From Halarcobacter sp. (GTDB lineage Bacteria > Campylobacterota > Campylobacteria > Campylobacterales > Arcobacteraceae): a stretch of DNA of 64,000 nt. The position numbers and the translations under genes are program-made. Below the pieces are notes generated by a model that made no database searches, was not told the DNA's origin, and saw nothing but the letters and a program-made list of their open reading frames with translations. Position 1 is the stretch's first letter. Each line of letters starts with the position of its first letter. Positions 21,471-31,822 of this stretch are shown piece after piece. The stretch is taken from contig OY781089.1 in NCBI GenBank assembly GCA_963676565.1, positions 128,001 through 192,000 of the forward strand, given 5' to 3'.

Positions 21471-22591
21471 AGAATATAAAATTATATAAAAACCTAGAAG
21501 AGTTTATTTCAAATAATCAAAATTCTAAAAAAGAGTACTATCTTTTAGTAGCTGAAAATTGTGACTTTGATTATAAAAAATTAAAAACATCAGCTATCAA
21601 ATTCCATGGGGCAATTGTTACTCAAGTAATCTATAATGACTCAAACTATGATAATGCGTTAATTGCTTGTGAGCTTGAAGATGAAAGAATCAATTTAATT
21701 GAAGATTTAGAAAATCCTATTTTAATAGAAAATGATTATAAAGATGCTAGTTCCCTATTAGTTTTATTAGATGGATTAAGTGCAAATATAACTGCTTTTT
21801 TAGATTCACTATTTAATATTTTACCTTTAAATATTGAAATTTTAGGTGGAGGGGCTGGAAAGTTAACACTAAAACAAGAACCAGTAATATTTAACAATAA
21901 TGGTATTTATCAAAATGCTGCTTTAACTGTTATCACAAAATCAAAACTTTTTATTGGTGTTGAAAATGGTTGGGAGTTTTTAGAAGGTCCTTTTATGGTA
22001 ACTTCATCAAATAAAAATATTTTAAAATCTCTTAATTTCATGGATGCCTTTGAAATTTATAAAAGTGTTGTTGAAAAAGACTCTGGACTTAAATTTAATA
22101 ATGCCTTTGAAACATATAAAAATGTTGTTGAAAAAGAATCAGGGAAACAAATAACAGAGGATAATTTCTTTGATATAGCAAAATCTTATCCCCTTGGAAT
22201 TGTAAAATTTAATAAAGAGATTATTGTACGAGATCCTATTGCAAAGGATGAAAAGGGGAATATGATATTAGTTGGTGATTTAGAACAAAATTCAACTATC
22301 AATATTTTAAAAGGGAATAAAAAATCTTTAATCAAATCATCAAATAATGCAATCAAAAATGCCCTTGAATCAAACAATGAAAAATTAAAGATAAAAAATG
22401 TAGTCTTATTTGATTGTATCTCAAGGTGTATTTTTTTAGAAGATGATTTTACAAAAGAACTTGATGGAATTAAAAAACAAGTTGATAATGAAACATTATT
22501 TGGAGCTTTAACTTTAGGTGAGATTGCAAATAATGGAAATGAATATATTAACTTCTATAATAAAACTTGTGTAGTAGGTGTCTTATGCTAG
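21467..22591 (+). CDS. FIST domain sensor protein (NosP-like)
   Basis: LVLLDGL, ILGGGAG, NGW..GPFMVT, YPLG, FDCISR, GALTLGEI, FYNKT. Confidence 0.88.
   Translation: MKNIKLYKNLEEFISNNQNSKKEYYLLVAENCDFDYKKLKTSAIKFHGAIVTQVIYNDSNYDNALIACELEDERINLIEDLENPILIENDYKDASSLLVLLDGLSANITAFLDSLFNILPLNIEILGGGAGKLTLKQEPVIFNNNGIYQNAALTVITKSKLFIGVENGWEFLEGPFMVTSSNKNILKSLNFMDAFEIYKSVVEKDSGLKFNNAFETYKNVVEKESGKQITEDNFFDIAKSYPLGIVKFNKEIIVRDPIAKDEKGNMILVGDLEQNSTINILKGNKKSLIKSSNNAIKNALESNNEKLKIKNVVLFDCISRCIFLEDDFTKELDGIKKQVDNETLFGALTLGEIANNGNEYINFYNKTCVVGVLC
22031..22144 (+). repeat. 57-bp in-frame tandem duplication in the FIST gene
   Basis: ATGCCTTTGAAA..TATAAAA.TGTTGTTGAAAAAGA at 22044 and 22101. Confidence 0.85.
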
Positions 22592-24144
22592 TACAAAATC
22601 TCGCCATAACATATAAATGTTATAGTTCCATTGGAAACTCTTTAGATTTAAAAGAGATGATGGATCAAACGTTAAAAACCTTTGTTAGTGAAACTTATGC
22701 TATCTTTGCTCAATATTGTATTAAAAATGAAGAAGGGTTTTTAGTAAAACTCTCTACTTTTGGTAAAATTGATAATTTTAATCCAAATGATTATTCCCAC
22801 TATGAAGATGACATTAAACTTGTTGTTGAAGAGGATAGAAAAGTACTTATAATAAAACTTGATTTTGGTTCTATATATTTAATCACTAAAAATATGGAAG
22901 CACAATGTTCATTTTTTATCTCAATGTTTGAAAGTTTTTTACAAAAACTAAATATGAGTGTGCATGCTTGTTTAAATGTTCAAAAAATGCAAAAGGCAAA
23001 TAAACTTTTAAAAGAACAAAAAAAGGCATTAAGAGAAGCAAGTAAAGCAAAAGATGACTTTATGGCAAATATGAGTCATGAGTTAAAAACTCCACTAAAC
23101 TCAATCAATGTTATCTCATCAGTTATGAAAAAGAATAAAGATGGTTCATTAAACGAAAAACAAATTAAAAATCTAGAGATTATAAATAGTTGTGGAAATT
23201 ATCTTTTAACTTTAATAAATGATGTTCTTGATATTTCTAAACTTGAAGCAGGAAGAATAAATACAAGCTATTCAAAGGTTTATTTAAAACAAACACTAAC
23301 TGAAGTTTATGAGATGTTTTTACCACAAGTAAAAGAAAAAGGTGTAAAACTATTTTTTAATTTTGAAGATACAATTAATCATATTTATAGTGATGACCAT
23401 AAAATCAAGCAAATAGTAAAAAATCTTTTGAGTAATGCATTGAAATTTGTTGGCGATGGTTCAATTTATCTAGATGTAAAAGATGAAGATAATTATGTAA
23501 CAATTAGTATAAAAGATGAAGGAATTGGAATCCCTAAAGAGAAACTTGAAAATATTTTTGACAGATTTAAACAAGCAGATGCTACAACAACTAGAAAATA
23601 TGGTGGTACTGGTTTAGGATTAGCAATATGTAAAGAGTTACTTGATTTATTAAAAGGAACTATATATGTAAAAAGTGAAGTTGATATTGGGACAACTTTT
23701 TATGTAACTATTCCTAAAAATCTAGATAATTTAGAACATATGGATTTATTAGATTTAAATAATGAAAACAATTTAGATACTCCTAGTATCCCTTTAAATT
23801 TTGAAAATTCAAATGAAGATGAGGAAAAAGAAAAAATTGTTGTTTATAACACAAACCCTTCAGAGTTTTTCAAATTGATAATTGACTTGCAAAAGGATTT
23901 TGAAACAATTCAAGTTTTCAAAAAATATGAACTTCAAAAAGTAGCAAATAATGAGATTAAAAAAATTATTATTGACATAGATACAGTTGATAAAGATGAA
24001 TTAAATGATATTATTTTAGAATATGGTGAGAAACTGATTATTTTAACGGAAGATGAAAACTTACAATATTCAAAAGATATTGAAATAGATGTTGCTTTGA
24101 AAAATGAGATAAATTCTATAAATAAGAAAATAAAAGGAATATAA
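22585..24144 (+). CDS. Cytoplasmic histidine kinase with degenerate C-terminal receiver
   Basis: FMANMSHELKTPL, NALKF, GGTGLGL; ATG 22585 overlaps the FIST stop. Confidence 0.9.
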   Translation: MLVQNLAITYKCYSSIGNSLDLKEMMDQTLKTFVSETYAIFAQYCIKNEEGFLVKLSTFGKIDNFNPNDYSHYEDDIKLVVEEDRKVLIIKLDFGSIYLITKNMEAQCSFFISMFESFLQKLNMSVHACLNVQKMQKANKLLKEQKKALREASKAKDDFMANMSHELKTPLNSINVISSVMKKNKDGSLNEKQIKNLEIINSCGNYLLTLINDVLDISKLEAGRINTSYSKVYLKQTLTEVYEMFLPQVKEKGVKLFFNFEDTINHIYSDDHKIKQIVKNLLSNALKFVGDGSIYLDVKDEDNYVTISIKDEGIGIPKEKLENIFDRFKQADATTTRKYGGTGLGLAICKELLDLLKGTIYVKSEVDIGTTFYVTIPKNLDNLEHMDLLDLNNENNLDTPSIPLNFENSNEDEEKEKIVVYNTNPSEFFKLIIDLQKDFETIQVFKKYELQKVANNEIKKIIIDIDTVDKDELNDIILEYGEKLIILTEDENLQYSKDIEIDVALKNEINSINKKIKGI

Positions 24145-25259
24145 TGGAAAATAGATTCTCTATACTAATAATTGATGATGTTGAAGAAAACATATATTCA
24201 TTAAAACTTCTTATTGAAGAGTTTGATGTAGATATATATAGTGCCTTGAGTGCGAATGAAGGAATCTCGATTCTAACAAAACACTCTATTGATTTAATCC
24301 TTTGTGATATTCAAATGCCAGAGATTGATGGTTTTCAATTTGCAGAATATCTAAAAGGGATAGAAAGTTTAAAAAACATCCCTATTATCTTTGTTACAGG
24401 TATTTATGACAAAGATTCTTACCAACAAAGGGGTTATGACCTTGGGGCCATTGAATATATTACAAAACCAATTGATGATGTTTTACTAACTTCAAAACTA
24501 AAAGTTTATATTGAGTTATTTAATAAAAATAAAGAAACAAAAGAATCTCTAGAATTAGCAAATAAACTAGTTGTTCATAATACAAAAATGGCAAGTATTG
24601 GGGAGATGATTGGAGTTATTTCTCACCAATTAAAACAACCATTAAATGTACTTTCTTTATATTGTGAAGATATTAAATATTCGTATGATTATGGTGATTT
24701 AGATAAAGAAACAGTTGATGATTTTTCTGTAAATACAAAAAAACAAATTCACCATATGAAAGATACTATTGATGGTTTCCTAGGTTTTTTCAATCCAAAT
24801 AAACCAAAAGAGAATTTTTCAGTAATAGAGTCTTTAAAAGATTCATTAGCACTTATGCATTCCCATTTAGATAAAAATAAAGTACAGCTTCATGAAAAGT
24901 TTGAGGATGATTTTTTATTAAATGGAATTACTATGGAGCTTTCTCAAGTAGTGATGAACTTTATAACAAATTCAATCCAAGCTTTCAATGAAAGAGAAAT
25001 TGAACAAAGAAATATAGAGATTAGATGTTATAGTGAAGATGGTAAAAACTATATAACTTTTACTGATGATGCAGGTGGAATCAAAGAAGATAATCTAGAA
25101 AAAATATTTGACCCATACTTCACAACAAAAAGTGAAGGTAGCGGAATTGGATTATATATGGTAAAACTTGTAATTACAAAAACATTTGGTGGAAAGTTAA
25201 GTCTTGAAAACTTTGAGAAGGGTGTAAGATTTATATTAGAATTTGACAAAGTAGATTAA
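24144..25259 (+). CDS. Hybrid REC-histidine kinase
   Basis: IIDD/CDIQMP receiver; ISHQLKQPL, DDAGG, PYFTTK, GSGIGL. Confidence 0.9.
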   Translation: MENRFSILIIDDVEENIYSLKLLIEEFDVDIYSALSANEGISILTKHSIDLILCDIQMPEIDGFQFAEYLKGIESLKNIPIIFVTGIYDKDSYQQRGYDLGAIEYITKPIDDVLLTSKLKVYIELFNKNKETKESLELANKLVVHNTKMASIGEMIGVISHQLKQPLNVLSLYCEDIKYSYDYGDLDKETVDDFSVNTKKQIHHMKDTIDGFLGFFNPNKPKENFSVIESLKDSLALMHSHLDKNKVQLHEKFEDDFLLNGITMELSQVVMNFITNSIQAFNEREIEQRNIEIRCYSEDGKNYITFTDDAGGIKEDNLEKIFDPYFTTKSEGSGIGLYMVKLVITKTFGGKLSLENFEKGVRFILEFDKVD

Positions 25260-25262
25260 TTT

Positions 25263-26846
25263 CTACTTTGGTTGATGAAATTGTAAGATAAACTCCACTT
25301 CAATTCCAGCTTCTGTTTTAATAAAATTAATTGGATATGAGATATTTATTGAATATAACTCATTATTTAATCTATTAATCAATTCAAAAAACTCCAATGG
25401 GTTTTGTATAACAACATTAACTAAATAATTAAAAGTTACAACTTCAGATTTAAAACTTGATTTAAAAGTTACAATTGCATTTTCAGGAAGTAAAATTTTT
25501 ATTTGCTCTGTAACTCTAATAATTGGCATAAACTCATTTTGAATATATATATCTTTATAATCTTTTAATATAGGTTTTTCTTTCTCTTTTAAACCCTCTG
25601 CACTAAGAGTAGCTTCTAAAATAGGTGTTTTATTTTCTTCTTTAAATTCAATTTGTGAAACAACATAAGATTTAAGTAATTCTGGTTGTAAAATTTTGAT
25701 ATAAGTATCTTTATTTAAAAGATTTATATCCATTTTTAGATAGTTTCTTTCAAGGCTTAGTTCATTTAAAACAACATCATAAGGAATTAGTTCTAAAGCT
25801 TTTAAAACTCTTGTTTCAACAAAAGAATTCTTCTCAATATGATCTGGCAGATTAATTGGCTTTAGAGAGGTTGCACTTTCCTCTTTTAGATTCTCTTGTG
25901 TATTTATCTTTGAAACTTGATTAAATAATTCTTTTACAGGTAAAAAGTAGTATCCTATACCTAAAATCAAAACTATCATAATTATCGATATGAAAAAAGT
26001 TTTTAGTGAATTTTTAGGTTTAATTCTAGGCTTTATAAAACTTTTTACACTATGAGAATCCTTTGAAAGCTGGAAAAGCTCTTCATCAACAGAGATAGGA
26101 TGATATGAAAGTTCTATCATAAAATCATCACTCATTTGTTGAATTTGTTCTTCAGAGATAAGTTTTAAATTATAAAGGATAGAAATCTTTTCAATAAATA
26201 CATTTTTAGTAATAGAATAAAACTCTTCAATTGTATTTTTAATAAGCTCATAAATCTCTAAAGCATAAACCTCATCATAAAGCTTTTGACCCATAATCTC
26301 ATTTTCATAAAATTCACTTTGTTTTATCTCTTCAAAAGCTGTAACATCAACTCTTTTATTAAATATAATCTCACCCTTTGAATTTAAAATAAAACAAAAT
26401 GCTTGGTTATTAAATAAAAGAATTACAAGATTGTTATTGCAAGGGTTTTGCTCAATATGTAAATTTAAAATATGGTATGCTGAAAAAATATAATCAATAC
26501 CACATTTTTCAAAGAAATTTTTAGATTCAAATAGTATATTTTTAGATACGGCTATATTATATTCATCATTTAAAGGTGATACTACATAATCTTTTGGTTT
26601 AGGTTGATTCTTTTTTAGAAGTCTTGTTTCATCTTGTAAAAGAAGTGTTGAGATAAAAGTGTTTTCAGTCTCTTCTTGTTGTGCATTTATCTTTGTAGCT
26701 ATATCACGACCTAGGATATCATCTTTTACTACAAAGGTCGAGCTATTAGTTTCAACTATATCATTATTACTTAATTTTTTATAATTTATTTTTAGTTGGG
26801 TTTTATATTTTATAGCATTTATATACAAAGACTCTTTAGCAAACAT
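25263..26846 (-). CDS. Single-TM hypothetical protein, possibly PilM/N/O-like
   Basis: Large cytoplasmic domain, central TM, periplasmic IPYDVVLNEL segment. Confidence 0.55.
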   Translation of the reverse strand: MFAKESLYINAIKYKTQLKINYKKLSNNDIVETNSSTFVVKDDILGRDIATKINAQQEETENTFISTLLLQDETRLLKKNQPKPKDYVVSPLNDEYNIAVSKNILFESKNFFEKCGIDYIFSAYHILNLHIEQNPCNNNLVILLFNNQAFCFILNSKGEIIFNKRVDVTAFEEIKQSEFYENEIMGQKLYDEVYALEIYELIKNTIEEFYSITKNVFIEKISILYNLKLISEEQIQQMSDDFMIELSYHPISVDEELFQLSKDSHSVKSFIKPRIKPKNSLKTFFISIIMIVLILGIGYYFLPVKELFNQVSKINTQENLKEESATSLKPINLPDHIEKNSFVETRVLKALELIPYDVVLNELSLERNYLKMDINLLNKDTYIKILQPELLKSYVVSQIEFKEENKTPILEATLSAEGLKEKEKPILKDYKDIYIQNEFMPIIRVTEQIKILLPENAIVTFKSSFKSEVVTFNYLVNVVIQNPLEFFELINRLNNELYSINISYPINFIKTEAGIEVEFILQFHQPK

Positions 26847-26859
26847 AAAACTTTTTATC

Positions 26860-27474
26860 CTAATTTATGGCATTAATGAGCATTTTGTTTTTTATAACCT
26901 CTTTAGCTTCTTCATTTTCAAGATCACTAACATCTAAAGGCTCACTTATAAAAAATTCCAATGTACCAAATGGCTTAGGAACAATAAACTTATCCCAAGA
27001 GTTAAACTGCCAATATTTTGTACACTTACAATTAAATATCAATATTTTAGCATTTGTTTTCTTATGAATAGCGACAATTCCATCTGCAACTGAATGTCTA
27101 GGTCCTCTAGGGCCATCAGGAGTAATAGCTATATCATCTCCACCTTTTATCTCTTTAATTGCAGCAATTAGTGCTTTTGCTCCACCTTTTGAGCTTGAAC
27201 CTCTAATTGAATCAATCCCTAAATACTCTACTGTTTTTGTAATTGCTTCACCATCTTTATGCTCACTAATCATAGCACTTACTTTTCCCGATGGTTTTAA
27301 TTTTTGATAGTTAAATGGTTGCATAAGAAGCTCCCCGTGCCAAAAGGCTACGATGAAAGCTTCATTTTTATCTATGTTTGGGTGGTGGTAAACTTTTTTA
27401 CTAGTTAAATAGATTATTCTTACAATAAGTTGCATTATAAAAGGAACAACTTTTGTTACTAAAAAAAGTTTCAT
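26860..27474 (-). CDS. DUF374 / lysophospholipid acyltransferase family protein
   Basis: AFWHG, SEHKDGE, RGSSSKGG, TPDGPRGP, SWDKF..PKPF. Confidence 0.88.
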   Translation of the reverse strand: MKLFLVTKVVPFIMQLIVRIIYLTSKKVYHHPNIDKNEAFIVAFWHGELLMQPFNYQKLKPSGKVSAMISEHKDGEAITKTVEYLGIDSIRGSSSKGGAKALIAAIKEIKGGDDIAITPDGPRGPRHSVADGIVAIHKKTNAKILIFNCKCTKYWQFNSWDKFIVPKPFGTLEFFISEPLDVSDLENEEAKEVIKNKMLINAIN

Positions 27475-28790
27475 TAATTTACCACTTCACCTTTTAAAGC
27501 AGTCCTTGTTGCAGCAGTTACTTTAACATCCACAAGTTTTCCTAGAAGTTCATCACTTCCTTTAACAAAAACTTGACAATAATTATCTGTAAATCCAGCA
27601 ACTTCTCCATTTGGTTTTAAAGTATCAAATAAAACAGTTACTGTTTTTCCAACATTTAAATCCATTAGTTCACTTTGATGCTCTTTATGAAGTTCAATAA
27701 CCTCAATTAATCTTTTACTTCCAATCTCATCAGGAATCTCTAAATCTTTTAATTCTAAAGCTTCAGTATTTGGTCTTGGAGAATATTTGAAATTAAAAAT
27801 CTGGTCAAATTTAACTTCTTTTATAACATCAATAGTATCTTGAAAATCTTCATCAGTTTCCCCAGGGAAAGCTACAATAATATCAGTTGTAATTCTAACA
27901 TCAGGAACCAAACTTCTTATTTTTTTAGCTCTTTTGATAAAACCTTCTTTAGAATATCCTCTTTTCATAGCCTTTAAAATAGATGTTGACCCACTTTGTA
28001 ATGGCATATGAATACATTTTGAGATCTTTGGATTTTTTGCAAACTCTTCAATAAATTCATCATCCATATGTAATGGGTGTGGTGAAGTAAATCTGATTCT
28101 TTCAAGTCCTTCAATTTTTGAAACCTCTTGAAGAAGTTTAGTAAATGAAGTTTTTTCTCTTTTGTCTGAGAATCTTTTCCCATAAGAATTTACATTTTGT
28201 CCTAGTAAAGTAACCTCTTTGGCTCCTTTAGCAACATCTTTTTCTACTTGATCAACAATCATCTCAATTGGAATAGAAATCTCATCACCTCTAGTTGCAG
28301 GAACAATACAGAAAGTACATTTCTTATCACACCCTATAGAGATGTTTACAGAAGTTTTATATAAATTGTGTCCGCTTTGAGCAAATTGGTAAGTTGAATC
28401 ATCATAATCGATATCAATCTCAACTGCACCTTTTTTATCAACAACATCTTTAATTTTTGAAATATTTCTAGCACCTAATACAAAATCAACATAGGGTGCT
28501 CTTTTCATAATATCTTCACCTAAATGTGAAGCTGTACAACCACAAACTCCAATTTTGGCATTCTCTTTTTTCTTTACATTAAATTGCCCTATTTCTGAAA
28601 AAAGTTTAGAAACAGGTTTTTCTCTAACTGAACAAGTATTAATAATAATTAAGTCTGCATCTTCCATTTTGTCAGTTGTAGAGTAATTTTTATGCTCTTT
28701 TAATTCAGCAATAATATGTTGGCTGTCAGTATCGTTCATCTGACAACCAAGTGTTTGTATAAATAGTTTTTTTTCTTCTTGTTTACTCAT
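27474..28790 (-). CDS. miaB: tRNA i6A37 methylthiotransferase
   Basis: TLGCQMN, NTCSVRE, GCDKKCTFCIVP, RFTSPHP, TRAM domain. Confidence 0.95.
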   Translation of the reverse strand: MSKQEEKKLFIQTLGCQMNDTDSQHIIAELKEHKNYSTTDKMEDADLIIINTCSVREKPVSKLFSEIGQFNVKKKENAKIGVCGCTASHLGEDIMKRAPYVDFVLGARNISKIKDVVDKKGAVEIDIDYDDSTYQFAQSGHNLYKTSVNISIGCDKKCTFCIVPATRGDEISIPIEMIVDQVEKDVAKGAKEVTLLGQNVNSYGKRFSDKREKTSFTKLLQEVSKIEGLERIRFTSPHPLHMDDEFIEEFAKNPKISKCIHMPLQSGSTSILKAMKRGYSKEGFIKRAKKIRSLVPDVRITTDIIVAFPGETDEDFQDTIDVIKEVKFDQIFNFKYSPRPNTEALELKDLEIPDEIGSKRLIEVIELHKEHQSELMDLNVGKTVTVLFDTLKPNGEVAGFTDNYCQVFVKGSDELLGKLVDVKVTAATRTALKGEVVN

Positions 28791-28811
28791 TAAGTTTTTT
28801 AATTCCTTATC

Positions 28812-29054
28812 TTATAAAGCATGAACCTCATACATATATTCATCATCAGCAAGTCCATATTTAACTTCTCTAAAATACACATTAAAACCTTCATCTTCCA
28901 AAGAGTCAACAAGCGCCATCATGTCTTTATGAGAATTATCTTTATCAAAATAAAATATTTTTTCACCTAAGTTTTTTAATTCTTCTTTAACTTTGTCTAG
29001 TTGTACTTTTTTTGGCTTTTCACTTAACTCATTTCTTGCAAGTAATAATTCCAT
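28812..29054 (-). CDS. HP0268 family protein
   Basis: FYFDKDNSHKD, FREVKYGL..YMYEVH; typical position next to miaB. Confidence 0.8.
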   Translation of the reverse strand: MELLLARNELSEKPKKVQLDKVKEELKNLGEKIFYFDKDNSHKDMMALVDSLEDEGFNVYFREVKYGLADDEYMYEVHAL

Positions 29055-29208
29055 CTCAATAAACCCTTATCTTTTTAAATTAGCTAAATAGTTTATCTTA
29101 AAATTGCTTTAATTTCTATAAAAGCTGTTTTTAGATAATATATCATCCTACTCTCACATTGAAAATCAAAACATTACATTTCAATGTTAAAAAAACAGAA
29201 GGTTACTA

Positions 29209-30384
29209 ATGGACAAAATAATAGATATTTTAGACTCTATTGCCTATGAAAAAGGTCTAAAAAACGAAGATGTTGAAACAGCATTAAAAGAATCGTTAAT
29301 TAAAACTGCCGAAAAGATGGTTGATGCAACTCTTAGATATGATGCAGAGATTGATAGAAAAAATAAAAAATTAGAACTATTCCAAAAAATTGAAGTTGTT
29401 GAAAATGGCGACGAAAGATTGCTAGAAGATGGAGTTGATCAATATGATAACATTATCAGTAAAGAAAACTTTATCTCAATTGATGAAGCAAAAGAGATTG
29501 ATGAAAGTTTAGAAATCGGAGACTTTGTAAACTACGATTTAGAATTTGAAAACATGGGAAGAAACGCTGCAACTATTTTGCACAATAACTTCGAATATAG
29601 AGTTCAAAGATTTTTAGAAGAATCACTACTAAGTAAATATAAAAATAAAATTGGAAAAACGATTAGTGGAACTGTAACAAGGGTTGATAGACAAGAAAAC
29701 ACCTTTGTAGAAATTGGTGAAGTTAAAGGTATGCTTCCAAGAAAAAGTAGAATCAAAGGTGAATCTTTTAGAGTTGGAGATACTGTAAAAGCTGTTGTTA
29801 GAGGTGTTAATATCGACAAAACAAATGGTTTAGTTGTTGAGATTTCAAGAACATCTCCAAAATTCTTAGAATCACTTTTAGCTTCTGAAGTTCCAGAATT
29901 AAAAGATGGAATCATCTCAATTGAAGCAAGTGCTAGAATCCCAGGAAGTAGAGCAAAAATTGCCCTTTTATCAACAGATTCAAATGTAGACCCTATTGGT
30001 TCTATTGTTGGGGTAAAAGGTGTTAGAATTGGTGCTGTTTCAAAACAATTAAGTGGTGAAAACATTGATTGTGTTGAATACTCAACAATCCCTGAAATGT
30101 TTATCTCAAGAGCTTTATCTCCTGCAATTATCTCAAGTGTAGTTATTGAAAAATATGCAGAGGGAAATGAAAAAGGTAAGGCAATTGTTACAATTCCAGG
30201 TGATCAAAAATCAAAAGCTATTGGAAAAGCTGGATTAAATATCAGATTAGCTTCAATGCTTACAAAATATGAAATTGAGTTAAAAGAGATTGGCGGAGCT
30301 TCTGTTCAAAGTGGAGATAAAAATAATTCACAAGAACAAGAAAAAGTAACAGATACAGCAAGTTTAGAGGCACTATTTAAATAA
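29209..30384 (+). CDS. nusA: Transcription termination factor NusA
   Basis: S1 and KH domains, EVPE, ARIPG.RAK, AIGKAGLNIRLA. Confidence 0.96.
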   Translation: MDKIIDILDSIAYEKGLKNEDVETALKESLIKTAEKMVDATLRYDAEIDRKNKKLELFQKIEVVENGDERLLEDGVDQYDNIISKENFISIDEAKEIDESLEIGDFVNYDLEFENMGRNAATILHNNFEYRVQRFLEESLLSKYKNKIGKTISGTVTRVDRQENTFVEIGEVKGMLPRKSRIKGESFRVGDTVKAVVRGVNIDKTNGLVVEISRTSPKFLESLLASEVPELKDGIISIEASARIPGSRAKIALLSTDSNVDPIGSIVGVKGVRIGAVSKQLSGENIDCVEYSTIPEMFISRALSPAIISSVVIEKYAEGNEKGKAIVTIPGDQKSKAIGKAGLNIRLASMLTKYEIELKEIGGASVQSGDKNNSQEQEKVTDTASLEALFK

Positions 30385-31784
30385 TGAAAATTGAAATCTT
30401 TGATTCAGTAAAAAAAACAAAAGTTCTATTTGAACCAATTAAAAATGATGAAGTAAGAATATATGTTTGTGGACCAACAGTTTATGACGATTCACACTTA
30501 GGACATGCAAGATCTGCGATTGCTTTTGATTTACTCCATAGGGTTTTAAAAGCTAATGGATATAAAGTTATTATGACTAAAAACTTTACTGATATTGATG
30601 ATAAGATTATCAAAAAAATGCACGAAACTAAAAGAAGTTTGGAAGATATTACAAGTCTTTATATCAATGCTTATAAAAGTGATATGGAAACTTTAAATAT
30701 CTTACCAAACTCACTTGAACCAAAGGCAACACAAAATCTTCAAATAATGATTGATATGATTGAAGATTTGATGTCAAAAGATATAGCCTATAAAATCTCA
30801 GATGGTGTTTATTTTGATGTATCAAAAGATAGTGAATATGGTTCTTTATCAAAAAGAGCTAGTGACGAAAACTCAATTGCTAGAGTTGAATCAAACACTG
30901 AAAAAAGAAACCCTAGTGATTTTGCACTTTGGAAATTTGAAAAAGCAGATGATGTAGCCTATGAGTCTCCTTTTGGGAAAGGAAGACCTGGATGGCATAT
31001 TGAATGTTCTGCAATGATTAATAAACATCTAGCTTATAAAGATGAGCCTTTTCAAATAGATATTCATGGTGGCGGTGCTGACCTTCTATTTCCTCACCAT
31101 GAAAATGAAGCTGCTCAAACTAGATGTTCAACAAAATCACACCTTGCAAAATATTGGATGCACAATGGTTTTGTAACAATTGATGGTGAAAAGATGAGTA
31201 AATCTTTAGGGAACTCATTTTTCCTAAAAGATATCTTAAAATCTTATTCAGGTGAGGTTGTTAGATTTTATCTATTAACTGCACAATATAGAGCAAACTT
31301 TAACTTCAATGAAGAGGATTTAATCTCTTCTAAAAAAAGACTTGATAAATTATATAGAGTTAAAAAAAGAGTTTATGGTGGTGGAAAATCTGCTGTAAAC
31401 AAAGAGTTTAAAGAGTCTTTACTAACTGCTTTAAATGATGATTTAAACTCAGCAAAAGCTATCTCAATCATAGATGAGTATATAAATAAAGCCAATGAAA
31501 CACTTGATAAAGAACCAAAAAATAAAGCTTTCAAAAAAGAGCTTGTTGCAACTTTGGAGTTTATTGATGAAGTGATTGGAATTGGTGGAAGTGATGCTTA
31601 CTCTTATTTTCAATTTGGAATTTCAAATGAAGATATCTCTAAAATTGAAGAACTTATTGAAAAAAGAACTGAAGCTAAAAAAGCAAAAGATTTTGAAACA
31701 GCTGATAAAGTTAGGGATGAATTAACAGCACTGGGAATTTCTGTAATGGATACGCCTAATGGTGTTGTTTGGGAAAAACTGTAA
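30384..31784 (+). CDS. cysS: Cysteine-tRNA ligase
   Basis: CGPTVY, HLGH, GRPGWHIECSAM, KMSKS. Confidence 0.97.
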   Translation: MKIEIFDSVKKTKVLFEPIKNDEVRIYVCGPTVYDDSHLGHARSAIAFDLLHRVLKANGYKVIMTKNFTDIDDKIIKKMHETKRSLEDITSLYINAYKSDMETLNILPNSLEPKATQNLQIMIDMIEDLMSKDIAYKISDGVYFDVSKDSEYGSLSKRASDENSIARVESNTEKRNPSDFALWKFEKADDVAYESPFGKGRPGWHIECSAMINKHLAYKDEPFQIDIHGGGADLLFPHHENEAAQTRCSTKSHLAKYWMHNGFVTIDGEKMSKSLGNSFFLKDILKSYSGEVVRFYLLTAQYRANFNFNEEDLISSKKRLDKLYRVKKRVYGGGKSAVNKEFKESLLTALNDDLNSAKAISIIDEYINKANETLDKEPKNKAFKKELVATLEFIDEVIGIGGSDAYSYFQFGISNEDISKIEELIEKRTEAKKAKDFETADKVRDELTALGISVMDTPNGVVWEKL

Positions 31785-31797
31785 AATTAGTTTTTCT

Positions 31798-31820
31798 CAT
31801 ATCCTTTTATAAGGTATATG
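31798..31820. terminator. Hairpin between cysS and the end of the array
   Basis: CATATCCTT-TTAT-AAGGTATATG. Confidence 0.5.
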
Positions 31821-31822
31821 TA

